Shown here: piece after piece, positions 28,771 to 44,418 of the stretch
Position numbering within the stretch: position 1 is the stretch's first letter
How the letters are laid out: each line of letters begins with the position of its first letter
NCBI RefSeq assembly: GCF_009914755.1
Contig: NC_060925.1
Direction: 5' to 3' (one strand)
DNA: 64,000 nt
Source: the human T2T-CHM13v2.0 reference genome, Homo sapiens
Made by a program: the position numbers and the translations under genes
The notes under the pieces: generated by a model
The model's database searches: none
What the model was told of the DNA's origin: nothing
What the model saw: only the letters and a program-made list of their open reading frames with translations

Positions 28771-29710
28771 AATACATCTTAATTTTAAACCACTAAAGCT
28801 TACATGGAAATGTAGAAAACATTACATTTGCTCCAAATTAAATAATAGCTTAAAATGATATTGAAGTCCCAATCTAGAAGTTTGTATGTCATGTTTTATA
28901 TGGTAATTGTACAATAAAAGGATCAGCAACAAATAGAGCTAAATTATTTAATGCACTCATTAATAAAAATATTAAAAATTGGAATCCAATTGCCTGGTAA
29001 CATATACTTTATAGAACAATACACAGCATCTGTTTCCTTTACACCTACATGATTGCCAAAAATTAAGTCTTAGTAGCTTGCAGTTTAGGTTGACAACTGA
29101 GCATGCATTGCACATACTGAATAGATTTTCACCTTTTCAACTGAAGAGAGTTCACCAGATGATAATTAATATCTGCTAAGTGCTCTTCAGACTAACAGGA
29201 TATCATCAAGAAATATCACAAAAGTGTTGACACAATGCTCATCCAGCTGGAGATTCCAAACAAGTCTGTTTTCACTGCCATTTATTGAAAATTGTATCTA
29301 TGCACCAGCTGGCCAGATCGTTTTCCTCTACCCAACTCTCAACAGAAGAAAACAAGATTGTGCTTTTTGTTTATTTGTGTATCAAGTTTATCTAGTTTAA
29401 ATTGATGAGGTGGTAGAAAATACACATTTGAAATTAAAATTGAATTATGAATTATAATCACCCTAACCATGTAAGTTCATTACTTTATATATATCAAACT
29501 TAATTTGTTTCCTAACATGTAATTCATTATTGCAGTTCAGAGAAGGAGAAGAAAATTAATGAGCTAAAATATATGTAAAAACTAGAATATATAATCTGTG
29601 CATAAACAAAAATGTTAGTGCTATTTGCTGTTATCAAATTTTGTTTACCTTATTAGAGAATACAGCTTAACTATATAAATTTGAATCTTTATTAAATGAG
29701 AAATAAAAAT

Positions 29711-29917
29711 GGAATGTGCATATAAAATCCATGTAATGACATGGTAAACAGAATAGCTTCTAAAGTAACACAAATACTAATTTAAACCAAAATTAAGATC
29801 TGTGGTTTAACTTGGAATGTGCATATAAAATCCATGTAACGGCATGGTTAACAGAATAGTTTCTAGAAGTAACACAAACACTCATTTAAACTCAAATTAA
29901 GATCTGTGGTTTGACTT
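29711..29917. repeat. Tandem duplication, 2 x ~103 bp, ~90% identical
   Basis: GGAATGTGCATATAAAATCCATGTAA...AATTAAGATCTGTGGTTT(A/G)ACTT at 29711-29813 and 29814-29917. Confidence 0.92.
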
Positions 29918-29962
29918 CTTAATCTGCATTTTCTTTGGCCAAACTGTTAAGAATAGCACATA

Positions 29963-30339
<377 letters not shown>

Positions 30340-31052
30340 TTACACTCTTCTTAGCAAATAGGAAGCACTTAAAAAATGGTAGCTTATTATTGTCATCACT
30401 GATTTTTATAGAAATATACATACGTAACATGTTGATATGTGTGTCCTCTGTCTCAAATGCCCCTCCTCCATATATCTAAAGATCTACTTATATTTATTTC
30501 CTTTTTATAATTAGTAATTTTCTCCAACATGAATAAAGTGAAGGGGCAAAAGGAGAAGGTAACTTAATGACCACCTCTACCGGAGTATTTACTTTTTATT
30601 CACTGCTTTGGCGGTACACGTCTCTTTTGTGACCTATTTTATCTTCCCAGTCCTGAGAAATGTTAACCATAATCTGAGGCTACATCAATTACTTACCTGA
30701 TCATTCTTCCCTTGGAATCAAACCCTGTGAAGATCAGATATCTTAAATTCATAAAGAATGAAAATCCAAATATTACATACTTAAGAATCTCTTCCCCCAG
30801 ATAAATCTCTGAACATTCTGTGAAAAATAAATGCATCTAAACTTCTCTAACTTGGAAAAAGTTTATTTTAGTCATTGTTTTATGGCAAAGATGAGATAAG
30901 AAGTGTGAAGTGTCCTAAGTTGAGGATGGCAATAGATCTATTGCCAAAAGGATCACAGATATTCCCTAATATTATCAATCCTTCCCTAATCTCCATTCAT
31001 GCCGGTATTCTTAATTTGTGTTCCATGAATCAAGGGCCACTGGGCTATGACT

Positions 31053-31273
31053 CAGTAGTTCTCAACTCAGGGTGATTTTGTCTACCTGGGGACATTTGAC
31101 AACACCTAGATTTCTTTTTTGGTTTTCAAAACTCAAGGAGGTGGTAGGTGCTACTGATACCAAGTGGATAGAGGCTAAGGATACTGCTAAACATCATCAA
31201 CACACAGGACAGATCCCACAACTAAGAATTATATGGCTAGAAATATCAATAGCCCTGAAATTCAGAAACCATG
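31053..31273. mobile_element. MER20 (hAT-Charlie)
   Basis: CAGTAGTTCTCAAC...GGGGACATTTG...TAGAGGCTAAGGATACTGCTAAACATC. Confidence 0.8.
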
Positions 31274-34200
31274 GAATGGGCTTTTAGAGGTACATGATTG
31301 TCGTGTGTGTGAGTGATCATTCAGTAAACCCTAGAAGGGCATTGTTTCATTAAGGTTATTGAGAATAAATATGTCCCCCAAATGTTTAATTATCGCTGAC
31401 TTAGAGTGAAAAAAGCTGTAGAAAATAGAGCAGAGACAAAGAAGAAAAGAAGAAATACATTATACATAAATAAGCTATTGACATTTAGAAAATAAAATTA
31501 GCTAGACACTGGATTCCACGGGGCAATTAAATAACTAAATTATTATATATGTTTGTAATGAATGTAATGCATATATACAGAATGTAAGCCCTCAACTGTT
31601 TTGAAACTCTACCTTAAAAATTCAAAATGATAATGAGTACTGAGAAATAGCTTACAATTGAAAACTAATCTATTTATAAATTTTCTATAAATCTACCTAT
31701 AAATATACTAATGTATTTTTACAAACTAAAATTCACCAATTGCTTTTTTATTTTCATGAAAGGAACAATATATAGGAGCCAATAAAATCTTCTTTTAGTT
31801 TGCTTACTAAATAGCTACATGACGTTGGTCATCTTTTAATTTATAATTCTCCACATACCTTCATTAAGCAATTCATTAAGAACAGGAAGAAAAAAGTATG
31901 GAAGGTCTTTAAAAAGGCACCTCAATATAAAATATGGTTTTCTGCTGACTTCCAAGCCTTTTACTCTTACACATTTTAAAATTATTTTTGTTCTTCTGTT
32001 TGCATCATGTGATCTGAACTATGACAAGACCAAACAAAATGTTTTATGACCTGGTACTATCAGGCTAAAGTTTGCAGTGTAGGATATGTCAGTAGTTACC
32101 AAGTATATAGTATCAATATTAGAAAATTACATTAAAAACAAGGAGCTATAGATTGTAACTCAATTCAATTCAGTCGACATTAATTCAGGCACTGTGCTAG
32201 GTGCCAAGCACACAACAAGCTTCCTGAAGAGATGGTTAACGGATAAGGATAAATCGAGTATGAGTCTAGGTGCCATCTAAGGTGGATAATCTCCTTTATA
32301 TGCTGTTTTACTCCTCTTCTCCTTCTATACATTGATATTTATTATATGTTCTTCAAACTCCCTTTCTCCTGTACACAATAACGACTCTTTGTGACATCTG
32401 AAGAAATATTTTTTTGGTTATCAAGCCATCATCTAAATTATGATAGTGGTTTTTAGTATTTAAAAGCTACATCTCAAAATCAGAGGGAAAGTTTTTTCCA
32501 TCTGTAATTAGAGAAAAAAGTTTTACTAGTGTATTATATTCCACAGCAATGCAGTGCATGTTCTCAATGAATCAAAGCTATTACGGAAAGGGAGCTTATA
32601 CATGGAGAAAATACATCTCATTATATCCTTCTAAAGGGTATCATGTCTAGTTAATAGATCCTTACAAGAGTATGAACATGGGGAAGACGAATAATTGTTC
32701 TTTGACAATAATGAGGTACACATAAAACTATTCTTGTATATGGTTCTATCGCAGGCAAAATCGCTATGCAGGTAGAGTTTATCTTTTGTTAATGCTCACC
32801 TTTTCTTTTACTATTCTTATTCCTCTATTTCAGTAGTAATTACTCCAATTTTTATCAGATGATTTTTGTTGTGTTTATTTTTCTCATTTAAAGTGATTTC
32901 TAAAATAATCAGCTGAAATATAACTTTAAAACAGTAACAAAAACTTAATCATTTACTATGTACTGTGCACTGCACTAAGTGCTTTATACAAATTTCCTTT
33001 CTGCTCCTTAGAGTAACCCTAAGAAGTATGGAGTCATTCTCATTTTATCATTTTGAACCATGGCTTTGAGAGGTAAAGTTGCCTAAAGTCACATTAGAAA
33101 GTGAAAGAATCTAGATTACTCTGACTTTGAAATCTGTGAACTTAAAAATTTTAGCTTCCCGCAAAGGGTTTTTATATAGTATAAAGACATCCTCCATCCT
33201 TGGTTTCAGCCAAAATCAGGATTTTATTCTCTATTGATAAGCCCAATTTTTACAAAGGATATTTCTGAACAGAAACTTTCTTCTCATTCATTAAATTATA
33301 CAATCTATATTTGTAAACAACATAAAATAATTTACTCGTGCTTACTAAGCGCTTACTATGAGTCAGGCACTGTTTTTAGAATACACACATTTTATAAAAA
33401 TAAGTCCTCAAACCATTCTATAAAATATGCACTATTGGCACATAGGGTTAAGCACTTTGTCCGAAAGGTGGTAGCAAGATTGTGATTTAAAATGAAGCAG
33501 TTAACTCTAGAGATGACACTACACATAAGTATGTTCCACTATTACTCTGTCAGATACTTTTCAAACTGACTAACTTGCCCCAGTAAAATGGGCTATGAAT
33601 GAAATACAAATTTTCTAAATAGTTGCTCAAATTGGAATATAATATTTTAAATGAATCCCAGTTGAAATTCAATACAAATTCACACTTGATTCAGTATTTC
33701 ATCCTACATAAGGAAACCAAATTCTTAAAAGCTGACATTTACATGCAGATTGCATAATTACATTTCTTTCTGAAAAGTGAACGAATTACAAAAATTAGTC
33801 TAGGAGCAAAATATAAACAATTGTTGAAGATTAACAAAATAAGCAGAAATGTAAACATAAAATGTCTGTCCATATTAATATAGATATTTCTGAAATATTC
33901 TAGATATAGTTATGGCTTTTGTTTATATTATACAGTTAGTTGAATTTTAGAAGGATCACAAATGAGCATGTTATAAAAAATCATTTTAACATTTTTGTTC
34001 TAGGAGGAAAAAATCATGTTTTACAGTAATAGCAGAAGTAAACAAGTCAGAATATGAGCCTAAACAGATGGCCACAGAATAACCTGACATTAAGTTGGTA
34101 CTATAAATGATGAGACCATAAAAATGTATAGCTTTTTCACTACCCTTTCACATATTTACATTTATTGTCACTTAAGTTCATAACCAATTTGGAGACCAAC

Positions 34201-34589
34201 AGTGTGGTTTTAACACCTAACATAATGTATTATAAATATTTTCAATTCTGTCACATTTTAAAATAGAAATTTAATAGGCAAATCTTCTAATAAATGTATA
34301 AGCATGTTTCTCAAACTTCATTATGCAGAACACTGGTTTAAAGAAATACTTCTCAGAAAAAAATCCAAAATAGTTTTATTAAAACTATATATTTGTTAAC
34401 ACTATAGATTTGCCAAAATGGATATTTAACATTGTCATATTAAATACTGAAAGGCCTTGTAATTAAAAAAATGTTTATAAAACTTTTTTTTCCATGAACA
34501 AAATTTCATTGAGCACAAATTGTGGTGTCCGGCACCACTTTGGCAACGCTTGGCATAAAGCATGCAAGGTCCCTGTTCTTACACAGAGG

Positions 34590-34947
34590 TAGTGGGATAC
34601 TACTCAGCCACAGAAAGAATGAAATCAAGTCTTTACAACATGGATGAAACTGGAGGCCATTATCCTAGGTGAAATAATTCAGAAACAGAAAGTTAAATAC
34701 CACATGTTCTCACTTAGAAGTGACAGTTAAACAATGTGTAACATGAACATACAGAGTGGAATGATAGACATTGGAGATCCCAAAAGGTGTAAGGGTAGGA
34801 CCAGGTGAGGGATAAAAAATTACCTATTAGGTACAATGTACTTTATTTGGGTGATGTATACACTAAATGCCTAGACTTTGCCATTACACAGTATCTCTAT
34901 GTAACAAAATTGCACTTGCACCCCCTAAATCTATTTGTTTTAAAAAG
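34590..34947 (+). mobile_element. L1PB/L1MA 3' end
   Basis: TACTCAGCCACAGAAAGAATGAAATC...TGCACTTGCACCCCCTAAATCTAT. Confidence 0.8.
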
Positions 34948-37900
34948 AAGGGAAGAAAGACAATAAATACAGTATCATGAAAGAGCATATCACGTGGGGG
35001 AAAATGGGCATCTTAGCATTTCACTGGGAAGCTATCCTAGATTGGATAACTGGGTGGCAGGGCCTGCTTGCTGAGAAGGAACCTTTTACTCGGAAACGTG
35101 AGTGGCCAACAAAGCCAGAATGGTATTTCCCTTACTTACATAAGGTTTGGAAAGTGAAGTGGAATAATATATGTAGAAATTATGATTTCTATAAAGGGAG
35201 TGCATTGGGAGATGAAGCTGTGCCCTGCCTGAGTTCTGGAAGCCTTCTCCTGAAGTGAAAGCTCAAATAGCACTGGTTTCCTTTATAGTGACAAAAGAAA
35301 TCTAATTGGAACACAATGGGAGAAGAATACACAGGGTTCATTACTTTTGTCCTTATTAAAAACTATTTTCTTCTGTTGTTGTCTGTTTTTCCTGTTTCCA
35401 CTTGTTTACCTGACGTATATAATAAGCTTTTGAGGACAAGAGATTTTTCGTTTTTGTTTTTTCTAGTGGATCTCAGTCATCTAATAGACTACTCTCATAT
35501 ACTAAATGCTCAAGCACTATTAGTTGTATCAATGAATAAATCATTATTATCTCCTTCACTCAAAAAGCAAAGAGGTTTATAAATATCAAATTATCATTTA
35601 AATGTATCTCCATGAATGTGCAATAAAGGTACATATATGCTTAATTAGTGGTACATTATTTGAAGATATTTGTCTTCTAAAATTATTCGCAACAGCATAT
35701 AATGCTTTTTAAAGCAATCTCTTATAAAAAAAATCTGAAGATCATGTTGGTCAGTTAACCAAAAAGTAATTTATTATGTGCATACCATAAATATTTTATT
35801 TTTACTTAAAATATGTAAGTGTATATTTATGTACCAGTCTTAAAACGTCAGGTCAGCATCTTTTGTTAGCAAGTAACTAAGGGACTAAAATTCCACACTG
35901 TATTTCTTCTATCACATACAGCTTCCACTAAGATTACCATATTTTCAGTTTCTTGTTCTTCAAAGAGGAATGACTATTTAAAGACATTTGTGAAGCATTC
36001 TGAGTGTAGAAGTCATCTAGGTTTTAATTATTTTCCTCCAAATTTTTTAGTTACCCCATCTACATATACTTAAATATTATTAAAAATAGTTATTTTTAAA
36101 AATTACCTTTATCTAGTATTTTCAAAGAATTCAACTTTGTAGAAACAAAAGTCTTTCTCAACACATTCATATTAAACAGACTCTGCTAATCTCAAAAGGC
36201 AATTAACAAGTTTATAGTCATATTAAAGAGAAGTTTACTTACATGCTGTAGGCATCAGATTTTTTTAAAAGAGTGCTGATCATATATAAGTCAGCTGAGG
36301 GAGATTTCTTAAATATTTTTATTAACATCATGTAGATGGATAAGCATTCCCATTAGCAGTCCCCAAGAAACATCATTTGGAGAAATGTTCATCAAGAGTG
36401 ATCAAAGAGCTCTATTTCGTCATTCTTTGAAATTACCTATGCAAGTTGGATGTTTTAGTTCTCTGGAGTGAATAAAATCTGCTGTTATAGTTAAATATAC
36501 GCTTAATAAAAGCGACCTTAAAATTGCTTCTTAAAAGTTGTGATGAATGTAGTCAGTCCAAACAAAACAAAGAGAATTTTTAGAATCTAAAGTTATCTAT
36601 ACTTGAATAGTTGCTGTTCTAACTTTCTTGAATTACTGCTATGTAGGCATATCTTTTGGCACACACACACAAAAAAACTCTCTCTTACCTCTTATGTCCC
36701 AAATTAAGTGAAGTGATAAACAAACAAAAAAAATTAAAAATGACAATGAAAAAAGATGTTGATGGTATGTGGTGGGAAAAGATTAATTTTCAATATATCA
36801 TACTTTCCCTGATTTTCTTATCCCTATGTAGATTCATTTCCCCTTAGATGTTTCCATCATTTATGTAATACATATATTCACTGGAAAGAGTAAAATATGA
36901 TGGGGAATGGAGCACAAAAGGGGAAACGGTGTTCTCTGGAAATTAGAGGTATCACTAACTATGACAGGCATATTCAATATGGAGGCTAAAATAAAATCAA
37001 AAGCTGTTCTGGAGTCCACTGAAAATGAAATAAAATCTGTAACTCTGAGTAGTTTATATCTGTGTAATCATTAATATGGAGACAAGTATACAGAATAAGA
37101 AATCAGATTGAGTTCCAATCCAAGCTTTGATGTTTACAAGACATTTATTATTCATAACAAAAAAGAGGTCTTTCACCATCTAAGCCTGTGTTTATTCATT
37201 TGTAAAACTGGAATTTTAACACTTGTTCTCCTTCCCTCATAAGGCTGTTGTGATATTTAAGATAATATATAAACAATACAACATTTTAAGATACAAATAT
37301 TATTTCAAAGATATGAAAGAAATATGTTTAAATTTAAATTTAAAATTTGTAATAAATATTTACAATTATATCTTGATGCTATTTTAATGGGATTATTTAG
37401 TCGCATTAAATAGCTAGATATTCTATATTTAAGTTTTAAATATAGAAATTAGTCACTATAAATGATTAATTATATTTTGAACAATAAAGTCATATTTCTT
37501 TGTTGATATCTTATGCTACAATGTCTTCTATTATTTGTTATCCAAATTAAAATAACATATATATGGAAACTAAATAATTTTAGAGTAGTATTTTAGTTCT
37601 TAAAAACTTTTTAAATATTTTATGATATTTAAATGAATTACTTTTAATGACAGAAAATACAGCCCCTACTAACTCGTACAAAACGTTTAATAATGCATAG
37701 ACTTTCTCAGTAATAATCATCATTTAAAATGATAATGTTTTATTTCTTCGTAGAAAACTACCTTTTTGAACATAAAGAGAAATCTAAAATAATGTACCAA
37801 AGTTTAAGTTTTCTACAGATGGAAAACACATTAACAATAAATTATTTTATTTATGTCATTTTGAAGATTATGTTAATATAATAAATTTATAATTATTATA

Positions 37901-39649
37901 AATTACTGTACTGAATAAATTTCCGGTTATTTATTTAACTGTCATTTCTTCATAAGATAGTTCAATGGTTGCAAATAATTTAACATTTTCTAATTAATCA
38001 AAGTTGAATAACTATATCACACTACTAATTTCTGTATACCTTACGTAGCAGATTTTTTTTCTCTAGCCTACACTTACACTAAACTCTTGGACAATCTTTT
38101 TGTTTTAATTATGCATAACTGATGATAGCTGTTTGCCTGTTTAACCACCAACCTATCTGATGATGCCAAATGAAAATCATTCAAAATTTATAATAGATTG
38201 ACTCTTTCATTAGGAAGATAGTTTTGTTAGCCTTTAATTTTAATTAATTTTGTGATAGTAAGGTCAATCAGTTTCAATATTTCTATTAATCTTTGAGTAC
38301 ATCAAACTTCCTCTTTTACATTTTTTCTCCAAGAAAAATAACTGAAATGTAAACACCCAATTTAATTAAATAACTAAGAATTAATTTGAGCCTAAAGTAT
38401 GTAACTAATATACTACAGAATAACAAGTCAATTGTTAAGTGTATTTTAAGCTTTCAAGAAAATGAAATATATGCAATCAATAAACTATTTATTGAATTCC
38501 CCACTAAATGGTAATATACCCTGTAGGCACCAGAAACTAAAAGTTTTTACCTTTAAAACCAAACTAAGAATTATTTGTTTCTTAAATCTCTAAGGCATGC
38601 ACTATTAAGCATACCTGCTAAGAACTTAAAAGATATTTGAAAAATCTTCAATGAGCTTCCTATTTTTATAAATTTTAAAAATAATTTTCTTAATAGGTTA
38701 TACAAATCATAGGACTGTCATCATTATCATAACAGAATATTCAAAATAATTTTCCAACTCTGAAGTTTATTTGATTAGTCCTACTAGATAGGACTTAATT
38801 CTTCTTCCTCACTTGTGATGTCCTATTTTATACTCCCCTATTCAAAAAAATACTACAGTATGTAATCTAGAATTGAAGTGATTTTATTAAGTAAAATTCC
38901 AAAAATAATCTTACTTTGAGATAGCATTAAATTTTTAAAATATAGCACCTTACTAAACTCCTAAGATCATCGTTTGTGAGAATATTTCCCATCCATGTTA
39001 TTACATCATCATAATGTTATTGATATTAACATTTTCTGGGAGTATGGCAGTTATATTTACAGAAAAGTGTGCCCTTGGCCTCACAAAACTTCTGGTGAGT
39101 AATTGACATAACATTGTAATGAACTCTAAGAAGGAGATGCCAATACATATTTACCTCAACATATATTCCAAATGGATCTATGTAAACTATGTTAACTAAT
39201 AACAAATTTTAATAACTTAATAAATTAAAAATGCATATGTACCATAAGTACATACACTGTCAAACTAAACAGTAGTTTAATCCTCAGTACTAATAGTAGT
39301 ACTAATCCTCAGTAAAGGATTCTACTGAGAGAAACAAGTTTTTTATAGATTCACTTACTCATTTCTACACACCAAGCCTGTTCAAGGCCTTAAGAGATAC
39401 AAAGGCAATTAAGGTAACAGCACCAGGTCTATGGCTGGGTAGAAGTCTTTTATAAAATATGTATATAATTAACTAAAATACAAGAAAGGAACTTCTTTAT
39501 ATTGACCAAACACATTTTATCAAATCCTGTATTAAATGCAAGGTAAATAAATTCACTAGGTAAATATATTCACAAATGTGTGTATGTATATACATACATA
39601 AAAATCTAAAAAATGTACCAAGTGTGTGTGTATATATATATAGACAGAT

Positions 39650-39651
<2 letters not shown>

Positions 39652-39697
<46 letters not shown>
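39652..39697. repeat. (CA)~23 microsatellite
   Basis: Pure CA run. Confidence 0.95.
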
Positions 39698-39698
<1 letters not shown>

Positions 39699-41199
39699 AA
39701 TTTGGAAATGAGAAAAAAACACCATTGAGCTGAATTCAGAGAATAAATAGAACTTGAAAATTATTAAAACCCTTTTTTTTGAAAATCAATTGATGAGGAG
39801 GAAAATGTCCCACACAAGACAGGACAATAGCAAAAAGTCCTATCTGAAATAAAGAATAATTAATAAGTCCCTAAAGCATACCGGAGGGTAAAGAAGTAAT
39901 CATGTTATCAGAAAACTTTGATGTTGATTGCTATCAGCTAATTCCTTATAATATCGATGAAGGTTTATTGTTAATATTTCTAAAAATCTTACTGGCAACA
40001 TTTGTTTATTTTGTACCAGGCATGATGTTGAGGAGCTTCCAACGTTTACCTTTTTTAATTCTTAGAACCTATAGGTTAGGCATTATCATTAACCCATTTT
40101 ACAGTGAGGTAACCAATCGGAATCAGTTTCCTGACCCAATTTTTAAAATAATTCATAGAAATATGCCACTATCTGCAAGGACCCCATCTTACATACAATG
40201 CATATGTAATTTTAAGTAGAAAAATGATGAGGCTATTAAAGGGTTTTATGAGAAATTTGAAATAGCAAGAATAATATATTCTTATATAGGAGAAGAAAGG
40301 TGAACAGGAATTTTAATGTGAAAAAAGAATATTATCAAGAATTTTCATTTTAGGGATTTCCCCATACTAAAATTATATACATTGTGCCCTACTTAAAGCT
40401 AGATAATACGGAAAAGTCCAGATATTGTCTGTAAGAAAATAGTTATATGTATCAAATATTAAGATAATTTTTGAATGCCACAAGAATATTCAGAAAATCA
40501 ACTCACCAATTATTGAAATTGCTAGAGAGAAGTGTCATCCATTCCATTGTGCACAGGCATGTTAAAATAATTGATAAAATAAAATCACAGAAGCATGAAA
40601 GTGCTATTTCAATGAAGAATTATTTGCAAAAGAATTAAAAATATCGTTTGCTTTGTTGGTAAAATAAAGCATCAGATGTCCCTTACACATATTTCAACCA
40701 AGAAAAAAGGAAAACACAAGTCTATTGAAAAAAGCGTAGTATAGTAGGAGAAACACATAATGATGGTAAGAAGATTATGATGCTAACAGAAGAAATGATG
40801 AAGAAAATAAACCTTCATAGACTTTCAGAATATGTCAAAAACTGATGATAAATTTAGAGGAAAATCCATGTATAAAAGTATTACAGAGAAAACAGTATGA
40901 AAGAAAAGCATCCCAGATGGAAAAAAAAATAAGTCCAAGAAGTAGAAACAATATGTGTGAGGTCGCCATGTCTTCAGACATACTCTACTCTTCACGGTAT
41001 CAGAAAGCTGTCTTGAATTTAAAAGAGGTGAACCTGAGACGTTATTAGGGAGCAAACAGAATACACCAAATACAATATAACATGTAACAATTTCTTTAAC
41101 TAAATTTTTCTGGCCATAAATTATAGCTATATTAAAGGAAGAGGAGGAAGGCAGCATAAGAAAGAAAACTGATAATGAAAGAACATGAACTGTGTCTGA

Positions 41200-41370
41200 C
41201 ACTGCTTTTGGCACATTCACGTATATTATTATAGTGTTCACAATAAGTATGGGAGTAGCTCTCAGTATTTCCATTTTACAGACAAGAAAACTGAGTCTCA
41301 GAAAAACCAAATAACTTGCTGTGGCCGCTGAGCTAAGAGTTAGTGAAGCAGAAATCCGCACGTAAGTTTT
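41200..41370 (-). mobile_element. MIR
   Basis: CCATTTTACAGACAAGAAAACTGAGTCTCAGA...AACTTGC. Confidence 0.65.
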
Positions 41371-42429
41371 TTGTAACACACAACAGTGTTTAAGAATATA
41401 GACTGAATTACAATGTAAATTCAATAGATGGGAACTTATCTCTTATCATCATTGGATCTTAAACTCACAGAAAGTGGATAGCATACTACAGGGACTCAAT
41501 GCATAAATGCTGAAATTGGGTGAATGAACTCCTGAAATAACAGATTACCTATAGGAAAAACTGTACAATGAATGGAAAAATATAAATTTACAAAGAAAGA
41601 AAAATTAAAAATCAATTCAAGGATTCTAGAATTTAGTAAACATATTCTATACAAATATACAGGATTAATAATTTTAAATAATATAAATCAATGCTGTTGA
41701 CTATGTCTGTTACATTCTTATGTATAGCCAAATGAGATAACAGACTAATATAAAATTGATAGAACAATATAAAATGGAAGGGTTTAAGAACGCGAAGAAG
41801 GAGCTAGAAATGGGTTATAAAGGTTTGAAAGCCTTTTTTAACAATATGAGAGAAAAATAGTACTGCACTGGAAAAGCTTTGGATATGTAAAGCAGCCACA
41901 GCCATCATAAAATTTACACTTCTCTTGGGTACACATGCAAAGTCTCTAGAAGACGGATATATAAGCACATTTTAAAAGATTCTTAAATTATGTGCTATTG
42001 GATACAAACAAGTTTTCACTCAATTAGGCTATAAACTATATAAACTACTTCTACCAGCTAGCAGAAAAAGGCAACATATCTAATATGTTTGATTTTATTC
42101 ATTGATGGCAATTAAACTTAAGACTCTATAACTTACTACTGACATGTTATTGAAATTGGAGTACAAGGAACTTTTATAGGTCTCTGAATCTTTGGATCTT
42201 CCTATCTTGGGAAATAATGGTGCTTAAAATTATTGGCTGCCTAACCCCTTTCAAAGGAGTGAATCAAGGTGATTCAGCTGTTCAGGGTTATATCAGGATG
42301 GGCATTCAGATGATTAAACTAGGGACTTGGAATACTATAACAAGGAACTACTGATTTTCATTTCTTTTAAGGACTAGAGTGCACAAAAAAGCTTCAGGAC
42401 ATATTGCGGCTTTTGAAAGGAAATGAGTC

Positions 42430-42630
42430 TGAGCTTTGGAGACACACAGGCCTAGGATCAAATCATGGTTATGCATTAATAGCTGTAATAAAGTTCGGAA
42501 AATTACTCAGCTTCTATGAGGTTGTTTCCCCATTTGTAAAGTAGAAAAAGTATAGTTTGTTGTGAGGATTCATTGCAGTGACCAATACATTATACCTAAC
42601 TCTAAGTGATGTTCAATAGCTGTTTATTTT
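42430..42630 (+). mobile_element. MIR
   Basis: GCTTTGGAGACACACAGGCCTAGGATCAAATC...TTTCCCCATTTGTAAAG...TTGTGAGGATT. Confidence 0.65.
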
Positions 42631-44211
42631 TTTCTGTTATCAATAGCTTGTAATCATTAGGGATGGAATCATTTATGGATGAGAGGTTTTTTTCAGAATA
42701 TCTATAGCAGTTTTAAAAATTCAAAATTTTCCTATCTAGTAAATGCATGTGACCTTTTAATATATATGCATATATAATATATAGCATGTACATTTAATAT
42801 GCCAAATATGTAATCTCATTTAAACAATTTCACGTTTCTTCAACTATAGAACATACTTTCTCGATGTTTTTAATCACTGTAGACTTAGAAGCTAAAAGGC
42901 AGTTGGTGCCGAGTAAATGCGTAATAAATGAATAGCCAATAAATCTATCAATTGTTTTGATCTCTTTTAGTAAGAGTTACAAGATAATGAGAAAGGCACT
43001 GGGCTTGGGATAAAGGACTTGGATTGTAATTGTGGCTCAGCCACTGCCTAACTGTTCCACCTGGGTCAAGTTACCTTCCCTTGCCAAACTACTTGGCTAT
43101 AAGAGTGGGAAAGAAATAGCTTATTGTACACAGCTGTGAATGTATGTCATATATGGTAGATGTTCTGGGACTGTGGATTCAATCTGAATCATGATCTTGA
43201 TGATGGCTCCATCATCATGACTATAAAACACTATGCTATGCATTTTGCAAATATGCAGAATTAGGACAAGCATTCATACATAATTCCGAGCTTTTATTCA
43301 GTATATTGCCTAGGCAACAATGGCAATGTATAGGGAAAGTTCTTGCCCATACCTACTGCTTCTGAACTGCATTGCCTTCAGCATAACCTACAGATGCTCC
43401 AAGGAACCATAAGAACATATCTAATCCTCAATAATTATTTGCTACACTATCCAGAATCCAGAGTTTGCTAAGTTTTTAATGCTAGTCCTCTTATCAACTA
43501 TTCCAATATTATCACCAGCTGTCGTATCTTCCATTCTAAACTGCCACAAATGTTCATCTTCATCCTCTGACTCTTTCACTGTCATTACATATTTCTAATT
43601 AGTCTTACTTCCTCTCTTCTGTTTCTTTCCATTTCTCACTTATGTCCTCAATGTTTCATGTGACCACCCAATTATAGTGATCTCTCACTTCAAGTAAGTG
43701 AATCAAATCACCATCAGTCTGCTGAGCATAAAATTTGTGATTCCATTTCTTTTGAGTGCTCTGGGTCTGCACCCCAACAGCTAAAACACGTTTTAGTGTG
43801 TTTCTACTTCCAAATGTGAAGCCAAGTGCCAATAAATTTCAAAGTGAGATTAGCAGAAAAAAAGCAGCATAAAATTATTAGTTAATGTACTTTTAGTACT
43901 TACTATATGTTATGTACTGTTAGCATTTTACATGTAATGTCTCATTTAATCCGTGTACTTCTGTTGTGGAGACAAGGCTTTTGTTCAAGGTCACATAGCC
44001 AGTAAGTAGAGAAGCAGGAACTCAAGCTCTGGTTACTTCCATTCTGGATGCCTCAAAGCATGAACAATTTCAATAAAACTAAGCAATCATGATAGATGAT
44101 AAACTTTGCAAATAAGCAAAAGCAACTTCACGTCTAGAATTAATAATTGTTGAACAAAAATAAGTAACATAAGCTCAAGAAAGAGATGCAGAAGATTTTT
44201 CAAAGATGTAT

Positions 44212-44418
44212 TATAATCCCTCAACGATGTGAATAGGTTCTTGGAAGCTGCAACTTTAAGTGAAACAATGTACAACAGGTGATTGAATAACATCATTTTG
44301 TTCCATGTTGCTTCCTTATAATGCTGAGGAGGGAAGAAAGGTTATTTTCATTATACATCATTTTGCTTAAGTCAGAGTTTCTAAAAACTTATCAACAACA
44401 TTAAATGAGCACTTACTG
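44212..44418. mobile_element. MER6-family Tigger MITE
   Basis: GAATAGGTTCTTGGAAGCTGCAACTTTAAG ... CTTAAGTCAGAGTTTCTAAAAACTTATC...CACTTACTG-TA; degenerate long inverted arms. Confidence 0.72.

Noticed and set aside
29711-29917. CRISPR-like or other spaced array
   Set aside because: Only two abutting copies with no spacers, in a eukaryotic intron; no prokaryotic features anywhere in the window.
40825-41424. 199-aa minus-strand ORF
   Set aside because: TTG start, hydrophobic low-information composition typical of the antisense of A-rich DNA, overlaps a MIR, no recognisable homology.
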